63,502 nucleotides of DNA, filler included, from Atractiella rhizophila (GCA_021432655.1; 3 parts of 3 records of this genome joined end to end with filler, not necessarily neighbours in it), one strand, 5' to 3'. Shown: positions 50,008-63,502, counted from the whole stretch's first letter. Numbers and translations are program-made. The notes: generated from the sequence alone by a model not told the origin.

Positions 50008-51259
50008 TCTTTTATTGACATTACCTCTTGAACTCTCCTAACCACTCTCTCGATGGGATCTCCGTCTGTGCCCACCAGAGACGGGTTTGCTACCTTCCAT
50101 CTATGACAAGGTCCAATACTGTGACTGAGTTAGGTACGATCAATCATTCATATCGCGGCCTCACGTAAAGATGTTTTTCCTCTAAACACCCGTGATCTGC
50201 ATGAGCAAAGTCACTCCGAATCAAGAAGTACTTGCCAACGTTTTCAGAGTGAAGAGAGCTGGCATGAAGAAGGAGCCATCTTCCAAGTACATCTTTCCTT
50301 GTCTGTCAAATGCTCGACGATCTACAGATGTCCACGCTATACGCAAAGGGAAGTCTTTAGTGGATGGAATAGAACTAAAGTTGATACCATTCCCTCACCT
50401 GAATCTGGATCAGGAAGTGGAAGATTATCGTAAAGTTTATTAATCACGTCGTTCCCTATTACTTGGTGAGCAAGCTATTGATTCTATTGGACGGTGCAAG
50501 AACCTGGTGCATCGTGGTCTCTAAGCTCGTGCATAGATGCTTTAAGGTCGTCTGCCGTGGGAGCTGATGGCCACCTCTTCCGATCTAAACAAGAATCAGA
50601 GTGGATGTCTCTTACCTAAGGCGTTCTTACCAATGATGTAACCGCTGTAACACCATATGGCGAGCGTGCCTCCTGGCTTGAGGATGCGCGCCATTTCATC
50701 GTACCAACGCGGTGGAAACCAATGAGCAGCAACCTGAAGTGCACAATGAATCATGCCACATCGCTGGAGACGATCTTACAGAGGCCGCGACAAGGTCGAC
50801 ACTCGCGTCTTTAATGAAGGGTACGGCATCAGCGTGTCCCTGGCGAAAACTCAGGTTTGCTGGTGGACCTGTCGATCTTGCAGTTTCTAGCATGGTCTCG
50901 CTAGGATCCACTCCAATCACTTCCCTAAAGCTTCCTGAGAGGTCTATGGCCGCTTGACCCTACCACGACAAATTATGGCATATTGTCTTTGGTTTTGGCG
51001 AAGCGTACAGGTCCACATCCTAGTCATTACATCGACAACCACTCAAGCTTGAACGTTTGACGCACCTATATCGATGGCTACATTGTATTGTCCTCCTGAT
51101 CGATTGTGAAATTCGAAAATATGATCATACAGTGCTTGAGGTGGCTGCGAAACATCATTGTTCCATTTTTAGTTCTCGGGGCAGGAAAATGCAAACCTTT
51201 GGACGATACTCTGCATAATCGCTGGTGGAATAAGCCTTGGAAGCAAAGGTGTCCGCCAT
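50008..51259 (-). CDS. Class I SAM-dependent small-molecule methyltransferase (Tmt1/Crg1-like), multi-exon, 3' end lost in the gap
   Basis: TFASKAYSTSDYAEYRP, AIDI-GCGP-GQA (motif I split by introns), VIGVDPSETML, SVDLV, AAHWF, RILKPGGTLAIWCY. Confidence 0.88.
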
Positions 51260-51458
51260 CCTGAAGAGCAATATTGTTATGGTGGTGGATTGCAATCTTC
51301 CCTCCCTGCGATTAATCTAGCCCGAATCTTTATCGGGCCGAATATTCCCCCCCCCTCATTACCCCACATCACAACATCCTTGGCTCATCGATTCCCCAGG
51401 TTCAGAAAGTTCCTGTTGACCATCCTCTGCCTCTTGCACCAACGTCTACATCACCGAC

Positions 51459-52617
51459 ATGAGTTTCACATCTCAAAGACTGAGTGGAAAGGTTGCGATC
51501 GTAACTGGAGGGGCTAGCGAGTTGGGATTTGGAGGTTCCATAGCTCAGAGATTTGCGAACGAGGGATGCAAGAAAGTAATCATCACTGATGTGTGCCTTC
51601 GTCTTCTCCCCATGTGAACTTATGTGCTCATACATGGTTAGATCAACGAAGCAGGAGCTGATGCAGTAACGAAACTCAATCCGGAAGTGATAGTTTTCAG
51701 GAAGGCAGATTGTACTAAAAAGGAGGAATGGAAGGAGCTCTTTTCTTGGATTGTTGAACAATTTGGAGGAGCTGATATACTCGTGAGTTCCGGTCGTCCT
51801 TGTAGAAGCACTTCTCCCATTGGAACGTGGTTTGTAGGTGAACAACGCTGGTTGGTCATATAAAAATAAACCCACCCTGGAAGTAACAGAAGATGAGTTT
51901 GAGAGAGTGATAAATGTCAATGTGCGTTTGAACTGTCCATATATTTCAAAACTCATAAGGTGAGCAGGTAAAGAGCATTTATTTGGGATGCAACGCCTTT
52001 ATTGCCCATCGTTTGGAGCAAAAGAAGCCAGGATGCATAATCAATATCTCCAGGTCTACATCCCAACCTCTTCTCTTAAGCGCACATACCAGCCTTAGTA
52101 TTCTGACCAAAGCTTTCTCAGCGTCTCTGGAGTCCGTCCACGTCCCGGCCTCGTGTGGTATGCTGCATCCAAAGCCAACGTCACCGTCGCAACCAAAGGG
52201 CTGGCAGCAGAATTTGGGCCGCACGGTATTCGGTAAGATCCTTTTCCTGCTTCACTGAACGAACCGCTGATGCTTGACGAAGTGTGAACTGCGTCTCGCC
52301 TCTCCTGACAGCTACCCGTAGGACCTTCCCCCCTTCCTTCCGGTATCTAGCCGTTCTCATCCTTCCACCGATGTAGCACTATTCGAGAACTTCGTCGGTG
52401 TCCCCCCAACACCTGAAAATCAGGCGGCTTTCCTCAGCAATGTACCTCTAGGAAGACTTGGGAAAACAACCGATATTTCAGGTTAGTACCTGGATACCTC
52501 CTTTTTAGATGTAGGTTCTGAAGATGCTCATCAGCTGCTTGCGCTTATCTCGCGTCTGACGACGCTGAATTCGTAACGGGGACTGATCTTGTGGTGGATG
52601 GAGGCCGAGCGGTTTGA
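51459..52617 (+). CDS. Classical short-chain dehydrogenase/reductase (FabG-like), multi-exon
   Basis: LSGKVAIVTGGAS..GFG, VNNAG, RPRPGLVWYAASK (YxxxK), PLGRLG, FVTGTDLVVDGGRAV. Confidence 0.93.
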
Positions 52618-53526
52618 GGAGATCTACGATAAGCCAGCCCTATCTCGCCAATTTCGATGGCTCAAATTCCTACTGTGCCTGTCTTCTACGCATTTTCCCT
52701 CGCTCAACTTGAACAATAAATGAAAATATACAATGTCTGTATATCTTCAAGGATAGTGATAGGGACAGAGGAGTGGGACTGATTCCGCTAAGGTTTCTGA
52801 GTTTGAGTTGCCTGATGGGGACTCTATTCGGTCTAGGTAATTTCCAAAAATTCCATTTCTCTGTTGTCGGATGATATACGAAGCAGACTCCGTCTTTCCA
52901 ACGGGCAGTGAGTCTCTCCCAGCAGCAGAATTGTGCACTCACTTGGTTTGCCTTACCATGGCTCAATTTACCTTACGATCATCTTGAATCAGAGCTGGCT
53001 TTATCTGCACCCATGGTTCATCACACGCAGTGTTAACGTATTGACGAACGAGAACCGCAGAACTTCGCGTCGGTTACAACATTGGTGGCTCCTTCTGGAA
53101 TCCTTAGTGACTGAATCCTAATATCGTCGATTTCTCAGCCTAGGGAAGAAGCTTCAAATTCGGCATTGTGCATTCCTGTGGCTGCCTAATCAGATGGGCC
53201 TAACGACGAACTTTATGCTGTTGTCCGACAGTCAGTGCTCTACCGCACTTTGGTATGAGAGATGCAGATGGCGATTCCCAATGGGTCAAGCACGACGGGG
53301 TCTCGGACGGAATGGAGGTGCGTCACAGACGAGCTTGTCATCATTTCCTGACACCCAAAGCATCTTGCTTCTTTAACCCCTTTCAAAGGGTTCAATTAGT
53401 AAGTATCTCCGAGAGGAAAGATCAGGAGAAGAAGGGCTAGCGTGTGTAAAGCACGAGCGGAGTAAGGCAACTCAAGGCTAAAGTGCTAGAGGTACTACAC
53501 CTTCCAACAACTTCAGCATTATCAAA

Positions 53527-54747
53527 ATGATTATTTCTTCTGACTCTTCTGCTCCTCTCGTTGCCATCACTGGCATCACAGGCCACCAAGGCTCCTCAGT
53601 CGCTAACGCTCTCATCCAATCTCCTAAGCCATATCGGCTGCGCGGGTTTTCAAGAGATATTACAAAACAAGCGAGCGTGGAATGGAAGGAGAAAGGCGTG
53701 CAGATGGTGGCGGTCAACTTGATCGTAGGTAACGAAGCAGCCGTGCGACAAGCGCTGGATGGGGCTGAGATTGTTTTCGTTTGTTGATATATTTCGTACT
53801 CGCTTCCGAAGGAGGAATGACAGGAGGAACAGCTCATGACAAACTTTTGGGAGCACTGGTCTTCTGAAAGGGTCGGGGTCTCCCTCCTCTTCTCTCCTCC
53901 TCAGCCGCAATTCTGATTGCCTCTTTTACTGGAATAAGGAAGTCCAAGAAGGCAAAATGGTCGTCAGCGTGGCTTACAGCCTGCCAACTCTGAAGTTCTT
54001 TGTCTGGTCCGGTCTTCCAAACTACAACAAGATTTCCAATGGCAAATAAACCCACGTCTTACACTTTGACGGGAAGGAAGAAGTTTCTGTTTTTCTCGCG
54101 GAGAAGTCTGCAGCTACTGGGATCCCCTACGCAGTAGTGCAGCCAGGAATGTACGCTGTCGTCCTTGTTGCACCGCTGCAATGGTTAATGGGAATGAGGG
54201 AACAGCTACATACAAAGCTTCGTTGAAATGGTCAAGCCACGAGACGGCAAATTATCCTTTCCCACTGCCCCAGACACACGAATCCCGTTCTACGACATTC
54301 GAGAGTTTGGTCTCTTCGTGCAAGCTGCAATCGAGCAGCCGGAGAAAACTGGAACAATAACTAACGTATTCGCAGACGCACGATCACTCAAGGACGCTGC
54401 CAAAGACCTTGCAGAAGGCAAGTCTCTCCTTTACTCGCCATCATCTGTGCTCATAATCTTTTTGATGACAGTGACCGAAAGACCTTTTGAATATGTTCAA
54501 GTACCTGTCCGTGAAGGCGAACTCGCAAAGCGCTTCCCGGAACATGGCATGCTTGAAATGGAAGAGAACCTTGCGGTTTGGGACGAATTTGGCTGTATGT
54601 CATTGATTTTCCCTTCTCCCACTTTTTCTAATTCTCTAATCCGTAGACTTCGGCACAAAATACCCAGAGCGTAATGACGCTATGAAAGATACCAGGCTAA
54701 CGACTTGGAAAGAATGGGTGACAGAAAACAAAGATCAATTCGCTTGA
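53527..54747 (+). pseudogene. NmrA-like/HSCARG atypical SDR with an in-frame TAA at 54047-54049
   Basis: VAITGITGHQGSSVA, RGFSRD, MTNFWE, FVWSGL..ISNGK*THVLHFDGK, where the family normally reads GKYT.V.HFD.K. Confidence 0.75.
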
Positions 54748-55239
54748 TAATAAAGAGGTGATAATGAATTAAAAGATTTTCACTCACATTTTATGGAGCC
54801 AAAATCGACCACAATAAATGCTTAAGTGCGATTGTTCGACAAGTTACCAGAGGAATTCCCTTCGTCCCAATTTGAAAGCTTGAATGTCTACGATGGTCTA
54901 CGTTGGGACATCTGGTCTAGCACGGTTGGGAACGTGGATGGCGTCAAACATCATTAACATAGGCAGCAATACACTATTGTAATGCGTTGACGCTGGTAAC
55001 TGCAGTCTAAGGATCATTTTTACATTCAATATGTGAGCAAGTACAAGTTGCGCCACAAATACAAACATGCTTTACAGTATTCGATCGGACTTCGCCAACC
55101 ACGCCTTGGAAACGTGGAGCAGGATCAACCGAAAACTGGACAATCTCCAATTCCAATGAAGGGGTGATCAATCGAGAATTGTTGATTCTTCCTCTTCCAC
55201 CACGATCGTCTACTGCAACTTAGGGCTGAGACGTACAAG

Positions 55240-56714
55240 ATGGGAAAAGTCAGGATTCAGGGTATTCCTTCGTCCATGCAAGCTGCCGTGGTGCGTGAGG
55301 TGGGTCTTCAACAGTCTCTTTCTATTTTGAGGAGTCGGTTGTTGATTTGACCCATGAGTAGCTGAGACGACCGTACAGTATAACTCAGGTAATATTCGTC
55401 GCAAAAAAACACGGTCCATCATGTTGAGGTGTGCCGCAGATCCCGACTCCTACATATCTGAACGACCATGAAATACTCATCAAGGTCGCTGTGTGCGTTC
55501 TGCCTCTTACCTTACAGGGAAGCAGTTTGATTGATAAGAGGGACTACGGCAGAGCTTCATTCTGTCACACGGATCTCATGATCCTTGGTGCCTAACATTT
55601 CACCGAGGATGCGTACCATTGTCTAACGCGTTGTACAGATGGAGAGATGCTCCCTGAGGCCAGCAAGTTACCAGGCTCTCACGAACCGACAGGGACTGTG
55701 GTCGCGATTGGAGAAGGGGTCGATGCGTCGATTTTCAAACCAGGAACGCGAATTGCAGCCACGGGAAACCTGGGTCCTTGTGGTATCTGCAGGGATTGCA
55801 AGGGACCATCATCCATGGCTCACTATTGCAGGTTCCCTGACGGGTTCCTTGGGATATCCAAACCTGGTGCCTTTGCGGAATACTGCGTAGTCGACGATAG
55901 GTATTCGATAGTCCTCCCTGACAACCTCAGGTGCCTCTCTCTCTCTTGCGTTGTGGTGACGGCGGTTTGTTGATGCTATGTTTTGGCATAGCTTCGTTTC
56001 CGCCGCTCCTCTCACTTGTGCAGGATTGACAGCCTGGCGGGGCCTGAAGCTTTCAGGAGCGAAGGAGGAAGGGGACAGTGTGTGCATCGTCGGGAGCGGA
56101 GGCGGATTAGGGAATCTGGCCATCCAATTCTGTAAAGCGAAGGGGTTCAAGACTATAGGATTGGAGGCGAGAGATGTGGGCATCGAAGCGTCAAAGAAGT
56201 CGGGTGTGGACATGGTTGTTGATGTGAGGAAGGGGAGGGAACACGTGTTGCAACAGGTTTACGGTGCGACGAGAGGCACCTTGGCTACTACTACCATTGT
56301 GCTTTCGGATCATGAAGAAGCCACCGGTTTAGGCTGTAGGTTCCGCCATACCATGCTTTTCTGCCTTCATAGATTACGACCTTGACATGTTCTACTCTGA
56401 AAGGTGCGGTGACACAAGAGCATGGCACGCTGGTCCAGCTCGCACAACCAGAAACAGTCGAGATACCCTTCCGAGAGCTCATCTTCAGGGACATCCGAAT
56501 CGTCGGTTCTCTGCTCGGCAGCGCTGAGGACTGGAAAGACTTGATCGCGTTCGTGGAGAAACACAAGATCAAGGGGGAGACGAAGACTTTCTCTGGCCTG
56601 CAAAGCTTGGAGGAGATTGAAGTGGCGGCTAGGGAGGGAAGGTATCCGGGAAAGATGGTCGTTGTTTTGGATGAGGAGGCAGTCAAAGCCGATATGGCCA
56701 GGGGAGCGTTTTGA
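55240..56714 (+). CDS. Zinc-dependent alcohol dehydrogenase (MDR family), multi-exon
   Basis: SFCHTDL, PGSHEPTGTVV, structural Zn CGICRDC..HYC, GAFAEY, AAPLTCAGLT, GSGGGLG, GSLLGS. Confidence 0.93.
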
Positions 56715-57540
56715 GATGTTTGTGGAATGTGATAGTATCTGTATCCAATTACAGCGGCAGTATTCCTGGATATATTGTGGGCTTCGTAGCCGCAGAGCTG
56801 AGAGATGGGTGGGTATGGTGATAGCCATGCTCTACGCGACTAGTAACGAGGTAGGCAATCAAGCATTGACCGTAAATAACAAACCTCTTGTCATATTGAT
56901 AACTTCGGCGCTTCGGGCAGTTTCGCATTGTCTTTACCCATTTCAAATCGCGCCGCAACATCGGAGCTGAGCTGAGAGCGAGACAACGACAAACGGCAAG
57001 CCCATCGATCGCGTTCAGTCTCGCAGCTCAGTGCAGCAGCAGCCAAGTCAGTGCCTGCTCCAGGATATACTCCACAGCCACGGGATACTTTTTCAGCTCG
57101 AGTTTTGGAGCAAGACCATTACCATCCGCTGAGGAACAGCAGGCTGTGTTTAGATATCGCAGCTTTACTTCACAAAAGTGGTACACAGACTCTGACTCTG
57201 TGAGTGCTTTCGATTGCGTGAAAGAAATAGGGGACACGTTGCTTGCTCCAAGTCGTGCGAAGCAATCGCACAAGTCAGCGTTGATTTGAGCCACCGTTTC
57301 CGCCGGCTGCGTATATCCAGAGTATATCTTCCGCTCGAGCTTCCTCTTTCTCCTCTTTCGTACACGCACGCGCAGAGCATTCACGCGGATACTGACAGGA
57401 CTTTGACAGCGTCGAATAACCAAACTGCTATTCTTTAATACCGCTTCCATCCAACAACGGGTAACCGCGATCATCTGCCTTCCCTCGCTCAAGCCACCGA
57501 AGCCCTTCTCCTACCTCATCCAACCTACGTCTAGGAGACG

Positions 57541-60500
57541 ATGTTCCGTTCCACCTCCATCCGTCGGAGCGCCACACCCACTGGGCACTCTCGTTCCGGG
57601 AGCAACGCAGGAGGTACAGGAACCGGCGCGACTTCGTCATCTGGGGTGGGAGTGACGATCGATCATCCCGGGCTGGTCAACATGGGCAACACCTGTTTCC
57701 TCAACTCCGTCCTCCAATCTTTGTCGACCTCTCAACCCCTCATCAAAGCCCTACAACACCCTCCTCCTTCTTCACCTTTCCTTAATGGCGTCAGTCCTCC
57801 GGACGGAGAGGAGGTCCAGTTGGGCATTGGGAGGGAGTTTAGGAGGGTCATGGCCTTGTTGGCGGACATGGAACCGCCGAATGTGGCCGTAGAAGAGAAA
57901 GAGAAGGAGAAGGTGCATGACAAAGATAAAGACAAAGAGAACGAGTTAGAACAGAAACACGATCCCGACCCGACTCCGCTGGCTCGCGTCGCTCCATTGA
58001 CTGTACCAGATACTCCACAATCCATCGCTCAGTCGCTAAAGATCACAACGGACCCTATTCCCGAAGAGTCTCCAAGCATTCAATTCACCAATTCAGATGC
58101 GATCGAAGGCGTCAAATCCCGAATCCTCTCTCCTGCCCCTTCCAGCGCTCTCATACAATCCCCAGATGGGCCGTTCAGTCCAGAAGGGAAAGAGGAGAGT
58201 GGGAGGTGGATCACGTTTGAGAGCATCGATGAACCTTTGCCACCTGTCGAGACGAAGGTGAAGCGGTTGTCGGAGGAGTTTAAGGAGCTGGAGAAGGCGA
58301 AGGAAGAGCAGAAATTGAAGGAGAAGGAGAAGGAAGATAAGAAGAAGGCCCTACTCGATGCGCTCGATCCTTATTCCGCACCTCCTTCCGCCTCCTCCCA
58401 CCTGTCACCTCCTCCATCCACCTCCCAGTTACCGTCCAGACAGCCGTCGCCGAGACCAGACAAGGAAAAGAAGAATGTGTTCACACCGAAAGCTCTATTG
58501 AAACAGATCGCTAGGGTCAGGGAAGAGTTTGGAGATTATGAACAGCAGGATGCGCACGAGCTCTTGATGGTCTTACTTGGAGGGATGGAGACCGAAGAGG
58601 GTGACGTGAGTGTTTCATTTGGGAGATTTGGTTGGATTCTCGTGAATGGAAGCATGAAGAAAACCCCAGCCTTCACTTCGTCCGTGGAATTGTGCTACCG
58701 CGGTAACTGATCTATTTCTTCCTTTAGCTCATTCGTAAAATCTTGCCTTCCCCCGCTCGTCCTCCCAAACAACGTCGAGCACCAAATGTCCGTCGAGGTA
58801 CCTTAAAACCGAACGGAGCAAAAGTCGGCAACCTGTCCGATTCTTCGTGTTCGACTTGCTCTTCGTCCAGCGAACCGGATACGGACGACGAAGGAGAGAG
58901 CAGCACGGCGGCTACCTCGCTCGATACCTTGGTTCAGCAGAAACAGTATGCCCCTTTTGTGAATGGGGTGTTTGGTGGAAAGTTGAATAGCTTCATCATT
59001 TGCGATGAGTGCAAACATGTCGGTTCTTCCAGTTGTGCACGATGTGAAACTGAAGACGGGACAGATTTCGATGACTCAAGAAGACTTCTTTGGTATCTCT
59101 CTGCCCCTCAAATCCGACGAGAGCAAACTTCGAAAGGTCCGTCTTCCTCTTATCGCCAGTCTGCTTGGCTGATATTGTCCATTGTCTTCGCAGAGAGACA
59201 AGCTCCGTCGCTCTTTGCAGGGCAACTTCTTCAACTCTAAAGCCAAGATCGAAGCCGCAAAGAAGAACGAGAACATTGCTGTCGTGCGTCCAGCCGTGAA
59301 GAGGCAACAATCCATCTCTTTATCCGACGCCTCTGCTTCCCCCTCCACTTCCGAAGCCGAGTCAGATCAGTCTCCCGTAGACTCCAAGCTCTCCCGTCGG
59401 CGCTCTCTCGACCCTGCCCACCTACGGAGCGGGAAGAAGCAGGAGAAAACGGGAGAGAAGACCCCTCGGGACCTTTCTCCTTCCCGCTTGGGAGGTTTGG
59501 GGAGGAGCATCTCTGTGCGCAGTAAGGGAGAGAAAGAGAGAGAGAAGCCACCGGCTGTTAAAGTGAGCAGGGAGCAACAGGCATACATCAAGACCCTTTT
59601 GACCGAGGTTCCCGCACCTTCTCCTATTGCTGGACTTCGTTGGTCGACCCCACACGGTGCAGTTGGAGGATCGAATCCTACGGTTTTGGTTGATCCTGGA
59701 GTGCAAAAGGTGGATCAGTCGAACACAGGATTGTACGAATGTTTGAGGATGTTCACCCAGGTGGAAGACTTGGACGAGGCGAACCTATTCGCTTGCGAGA
59801 ATTGTTGGAAAATGACCCATCGGAAGAAACACAAAGATCAGAAGAAGAGGAGGGAGGCGATAGAACAGGCTGCAAAGGCAAGATCCGCAGAACCCTCTCC
59901 AGCACTATCTGTTGGCGGCTCCCTTATGAACGCTCTTAGCCGAAGTACGGAATCTCTGCCCCTCCATGCCCCTAAAAGGTCCGGGACTATCACAAGCCAA
60001 TCGAGTCATAGGAGGGCGAGTGAGAAAGAGGAAACCTCCTCGATCAAGGAACTGGTTGCAAGCGGGATGCGGATGGCTGCCGTCTCGAGCCCTTCCTTAG
60101 CTTCTTCAATTGGGAAGGAAGGGACGACGGACGAGAGCGATGCGGCTTCCCTGCATGATATCTCGGACCCTCCTCACTCCGCCAAGTCTACTACGACCTC
60201 AATCAATGTCGAGTACGTTGATGATACAACAATGCCCTCATCTTCCAGAACGGATACAGTTGCCTCCGTCAGCGACGACGAATCGATTTTGAAAGTGGGA
60301 GATCCAGAATCCATTTCATCATCGCCCGGTAACATCAACGACCCACTTCCTTCACCTGCCCATTCAGCAACCTCTCTCGCTTCCTCCATTTCTTTTGCCA
60401 CAGACACCGCTCCCCCCAGACCGCTTTCCAAGCCTAAAGGTCCGAAGTACATCCTCCGGAAAGCAAAGAAACGATACCTCATCGACCCTCATCAACTCCC

Positions 60501-60948
60501 ACCTGTGCTGATTTTGCACTTCAAGCGGTTTTCCCAGTCCTCACGGACTCTATTTTCCGGGAACTTCTCCACGCTGAAGAAGAGGGACGACGAAGTGAGT
60601 TTCCCAGAAATCCTCGACCTCGCCCCATTCCTAGCGCCTTGGGGTCGACCTCCAAAGTATAAGGAGGAGTCGCGCGGTCTTCATCTCCACCTTCCTCACC
60701 TAAGCGATTCATCCTCTTCGCTCCCCAATGTTCGAAGTAAATATCAGCTTACTGGAGTGGTCGTACATCTCGGCTCTACCCTTGGTGGAGGACACTACGT
60801 TTCGTATAACCTCACGTCACGCGTGAAGAGCAAGAGCGGAAAACCGGAAAGGAGATGGGTTTATTGTTCGGACGAGAAGATCACACCTACGACCATCTCG
60901 GAGGTTCTGAAGGGGAAGGCCTACTTGTTGTTCTATGAGAAGATATAA
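57541..60948 (+). CDS. Ubiquitin-specific protease (peptidase C19, USP16/45-like) with large disordered inserts
   Basis: Cys box GLVNMGNTCFLNSVLQSL, QQDAHELL, VFGGKL..ICDECKH, FACENCWK, LILHFKRF, His box GVVVHLG..GGHYVSY, SDE, AYLLFYE. Confidence 0.95.
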
Positions 60949-61150
60949 ACCATGAAGCTCTTTGGATACCCTGGGGGTGAACGTTATCTTAGAATGTACC
61001 CAAAGCACTTGCTTATACATACATACCATTGTTGTTCCACGTAATCTGGTTGTCGTTGATACAGATACATCACTTGCACTAACTACTGAATCAACGAATG
61101 GACATCTCCACACCACTGCTGCATCATGAAAAGCAATGACTTTCTTCGTT

Positions 61151-63144
61151 TCAAAACTTCCTCCCAATCTCCAGCTGCTCATCCGCCTCCTCCTCTTCCA
61201 AAACTTCCCTCTTCATACCTTTAAACCTCTCAAAAGGTCTAACCACACTGTCGAGGGCTGAAAATGGTGCATTGCGTACTACGACTGGCGATATAGCAGA
61301 CGTCAAACCCGTGTTTGCTCGTTGAGGATCTCTATTAGTAGGATTTTGACCTTGGGGAGGAAGGGTGAAGGAGCGTAGACCCTTTGATTTGACAAAAGAG
61401 TCGGTCCTTTGGGGCTTTATAGAGTCGATGTAGTATTTGTCGCGAATAGGGAATTGGAGGAGGTTCATCTATGTTCCACAAACCATCAACTTGAAGAAGG
61501 GTTCATGGAGAGATAGGCTGGACCTTTGGTGTGACCACGAGGCAAGTTTGACAAGGAATCTCAACCCAATCTCTTTTCTGGAAGGTTAAAGGCTCAGAGG
61601 CAATCATAACCTATTCCACTCACAATCAACAACGATGGACGGACAGAACCCTGCGGAAACATACGATTGTCTCCCTTTTATCGTCCTTCCTCATTCTAAA
61701 CTCCTTCTCTTGGAACTCCTCAAACTTTGTCCCGGTAGAGAAAAACTACTCAAAGGAACCCAATAAGTAATTGTTTGCTAAAGGTCATATTAAGACCGAA
61801 AGGAGCAAAGGCGTACGAGCGAAGCAGCGTCCTGTTCTTTCGAGCTGATGTACCTAGTCACCACCACGCTCTCACCATCCGTAACGCAGAAGTTTAAGAG
61901 GTTGGGATCTCGGTGTCCATTCTTGACAGGGACGGATTCACAGAGCTCGTTAATCTGCGCAATGGTCACCAGCATTTTTTCCCTGAGCAATTGATGGGGA
62001 AAGGTAGGAGAATCGAGTGGCGCAGCCTGTCGATTCCCTTTTGGTCAGCATGTTGGGCAGCACGAGGAAGGGGCGAAAAGTGAACCTTTTTGAGGTTTTC
62101 GAGGAAGAGAGCGAAACACCATTCGCTGTCTGTGTTGCCGTTGACAAAGGAAAAGGTTTCATCTGACAGCTTGGCTTGGAGAGAGCGTTTTATGGCTGGG
62201 AAGTTGGATACGCCACCTGTAATTTGGGGAGCTGATTAATGGGTGTCGTTTCTCAGATGATAGGAGGTACGCGCCGTTGTGCATCCACAAAAGGGATTGG
62301 TAAGTCTAATGAGTCGTGTAAGAGAGGGAAGATGGGCTGAGACGAGAACTGAGATACCCATGGATGGCCTGCCATTTCTTTAGTTCTCTGAAAGGAGAAA
62401 GAAGTGAAACTAACAATTCTCTTCGCTAAGAACACCACTCGTGCTGGCCCTAACGTGCGCACTTCATTCGCAGACTTCTTAGCTAATTAAGTTCCATAAC
62501 GCCGAAGAACTGCGTACAAGACGAGGCGCGATTTGAGCTTTGAACAAAGTTGCTGCAGATTCTTATTTGCTGTGCGTCATCCATACACCAGTTAGTCCTT
62601 CAACATTACAGTGCCCGAGAGTAATAAAGGACATACACCATGCTGGTGTGATGGCCTTGAATATACCTATTTGCTCATCCTTTCAGTTCAAACCTCTGCA
62701 GCGGAATTGGAAGGGATTAACATGGCTTTGTGTCTCGCTCAAGCTCCAGCGATTCGCCCACAGATTCAGGATCATACCAACCGACACCGAAACCGTCAGC
62801 ATTGATGGGCGGACCCTCTAACACAACAGATTTACGTCAATTTTTGCACACCGTGAGTGGTGAAGAGGAATACGCACCGAGACGTAGACGGGAGTCATAA
62901 GCCTGGTTGATGATTGAAACTTTCCCAACCAATTAATGAGCACACTTTCACCGAGATGAGGTAGCATACTGGGCAGGCTTGGTGATCAGCTGAGAATATC
63001 ATCAGTTTTTACACTGAAAACATGGGTTGAACGAGAGGCAGACGTGAGAAAGGAGGATGGGATCTGTTCCTTTGAACACGAGAAATCTGGTTCGCAGTCC
63101 GCCTTCTCAGACGACAGGATTTTATGTGGGACGCACCGACACAT
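61151..63144 (-). CDS. DUG3: Class II (Ntn) glutamine amidotransferase Dug3, glutathione degradation; many micro-exons
   Basis: MCRFLVFKG.DPILLSHLITKPAHSIINQAYDSRLRL, NADGFGVG, AHVRASTSG, WMHNGG, GNTDSEWCFALFL, LLNFCVTDGESVVVTRYISS, MIASEPLTF. Confidence 0.93.
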
Positions 63145-63502
63145 CTTAATTTGTACAGATGGTTGTGACTGAGTACTGAGGAAGGAGCTATGTAGGAGTT
63201 ATGGCAGCAGTGATGATGCAAAGGCTGTTACAAAAGCAAGCGTCGGATATTTATCAACTGGAATGCTGCGGGCAGGAAGGAACGGATGACATGGACTATA
63301 CATGATTTGCAAATTTTTAACACTCAGATACTCGTACTCAGGGGTAACCTCACGGATTTTGTTTGCCGCTGACTTATATTTTCGAAGTAGCTCGAGTCAA
63401 GCGATTATTGTTCAACATGATCGGCATGACCCGTTACATGAATTGGTCTTTGTTTTGCTTCGCCCCATTCTTTCCAAGTCGTTAGCTTGGTATCTTTTAG
63501 AG

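Overview
Eukaryotic, intron-rich fungal DNA (GT-AG introns of about 45-55 nt). The gene content (eEF3, Tra1, Ula1, Dug3) points to a basidiomycete, which is an inference. The window is four sequence blocks separated by a 25-N gap (11512-11536) and two artificial 44N-TTAATTAATTAA-44N linkers (24965-25064, 49908-50007). Positions 1-8000 are a transposon nest: a Ty1/copia element lacking gag and protease inserted antisense into a second copia, solo LTRs with 5-bp target-site duplications, and a hAT relic. A 7.4-kb block (4122-11511) is repeated across the 25-N gap (11537-18936), most likely as an assembly or haplotype artefact, and carries ULA1/NAE1 and the 3' end of TRA1. TRA1 is open for about 2200 codons but stops at the HEAT/FAT boundary with no FAT-PI3K-FATC half, so it is a candidate split gene. 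Next come eEF3 and a convergent pair of orphan paralogues with helical (MLKL/HeLo-like?) N-termini and a shared SH3-like + PH-like C-terminal module, hit by very recent 1231-bp and 417-bp tandem duplications. The rest holds a CAMK-type kinase, a bZIP factor, a Ser-rich orphan, a rhodanese, a DUF2985-like membrane protein, a methyltransferase/SDR/NmrA/ADH group, a USP deubiquitinase and DUG3. I found no tRNA, rRNA or CRISPR array. All family assignments come from motif recognition, not database searches.
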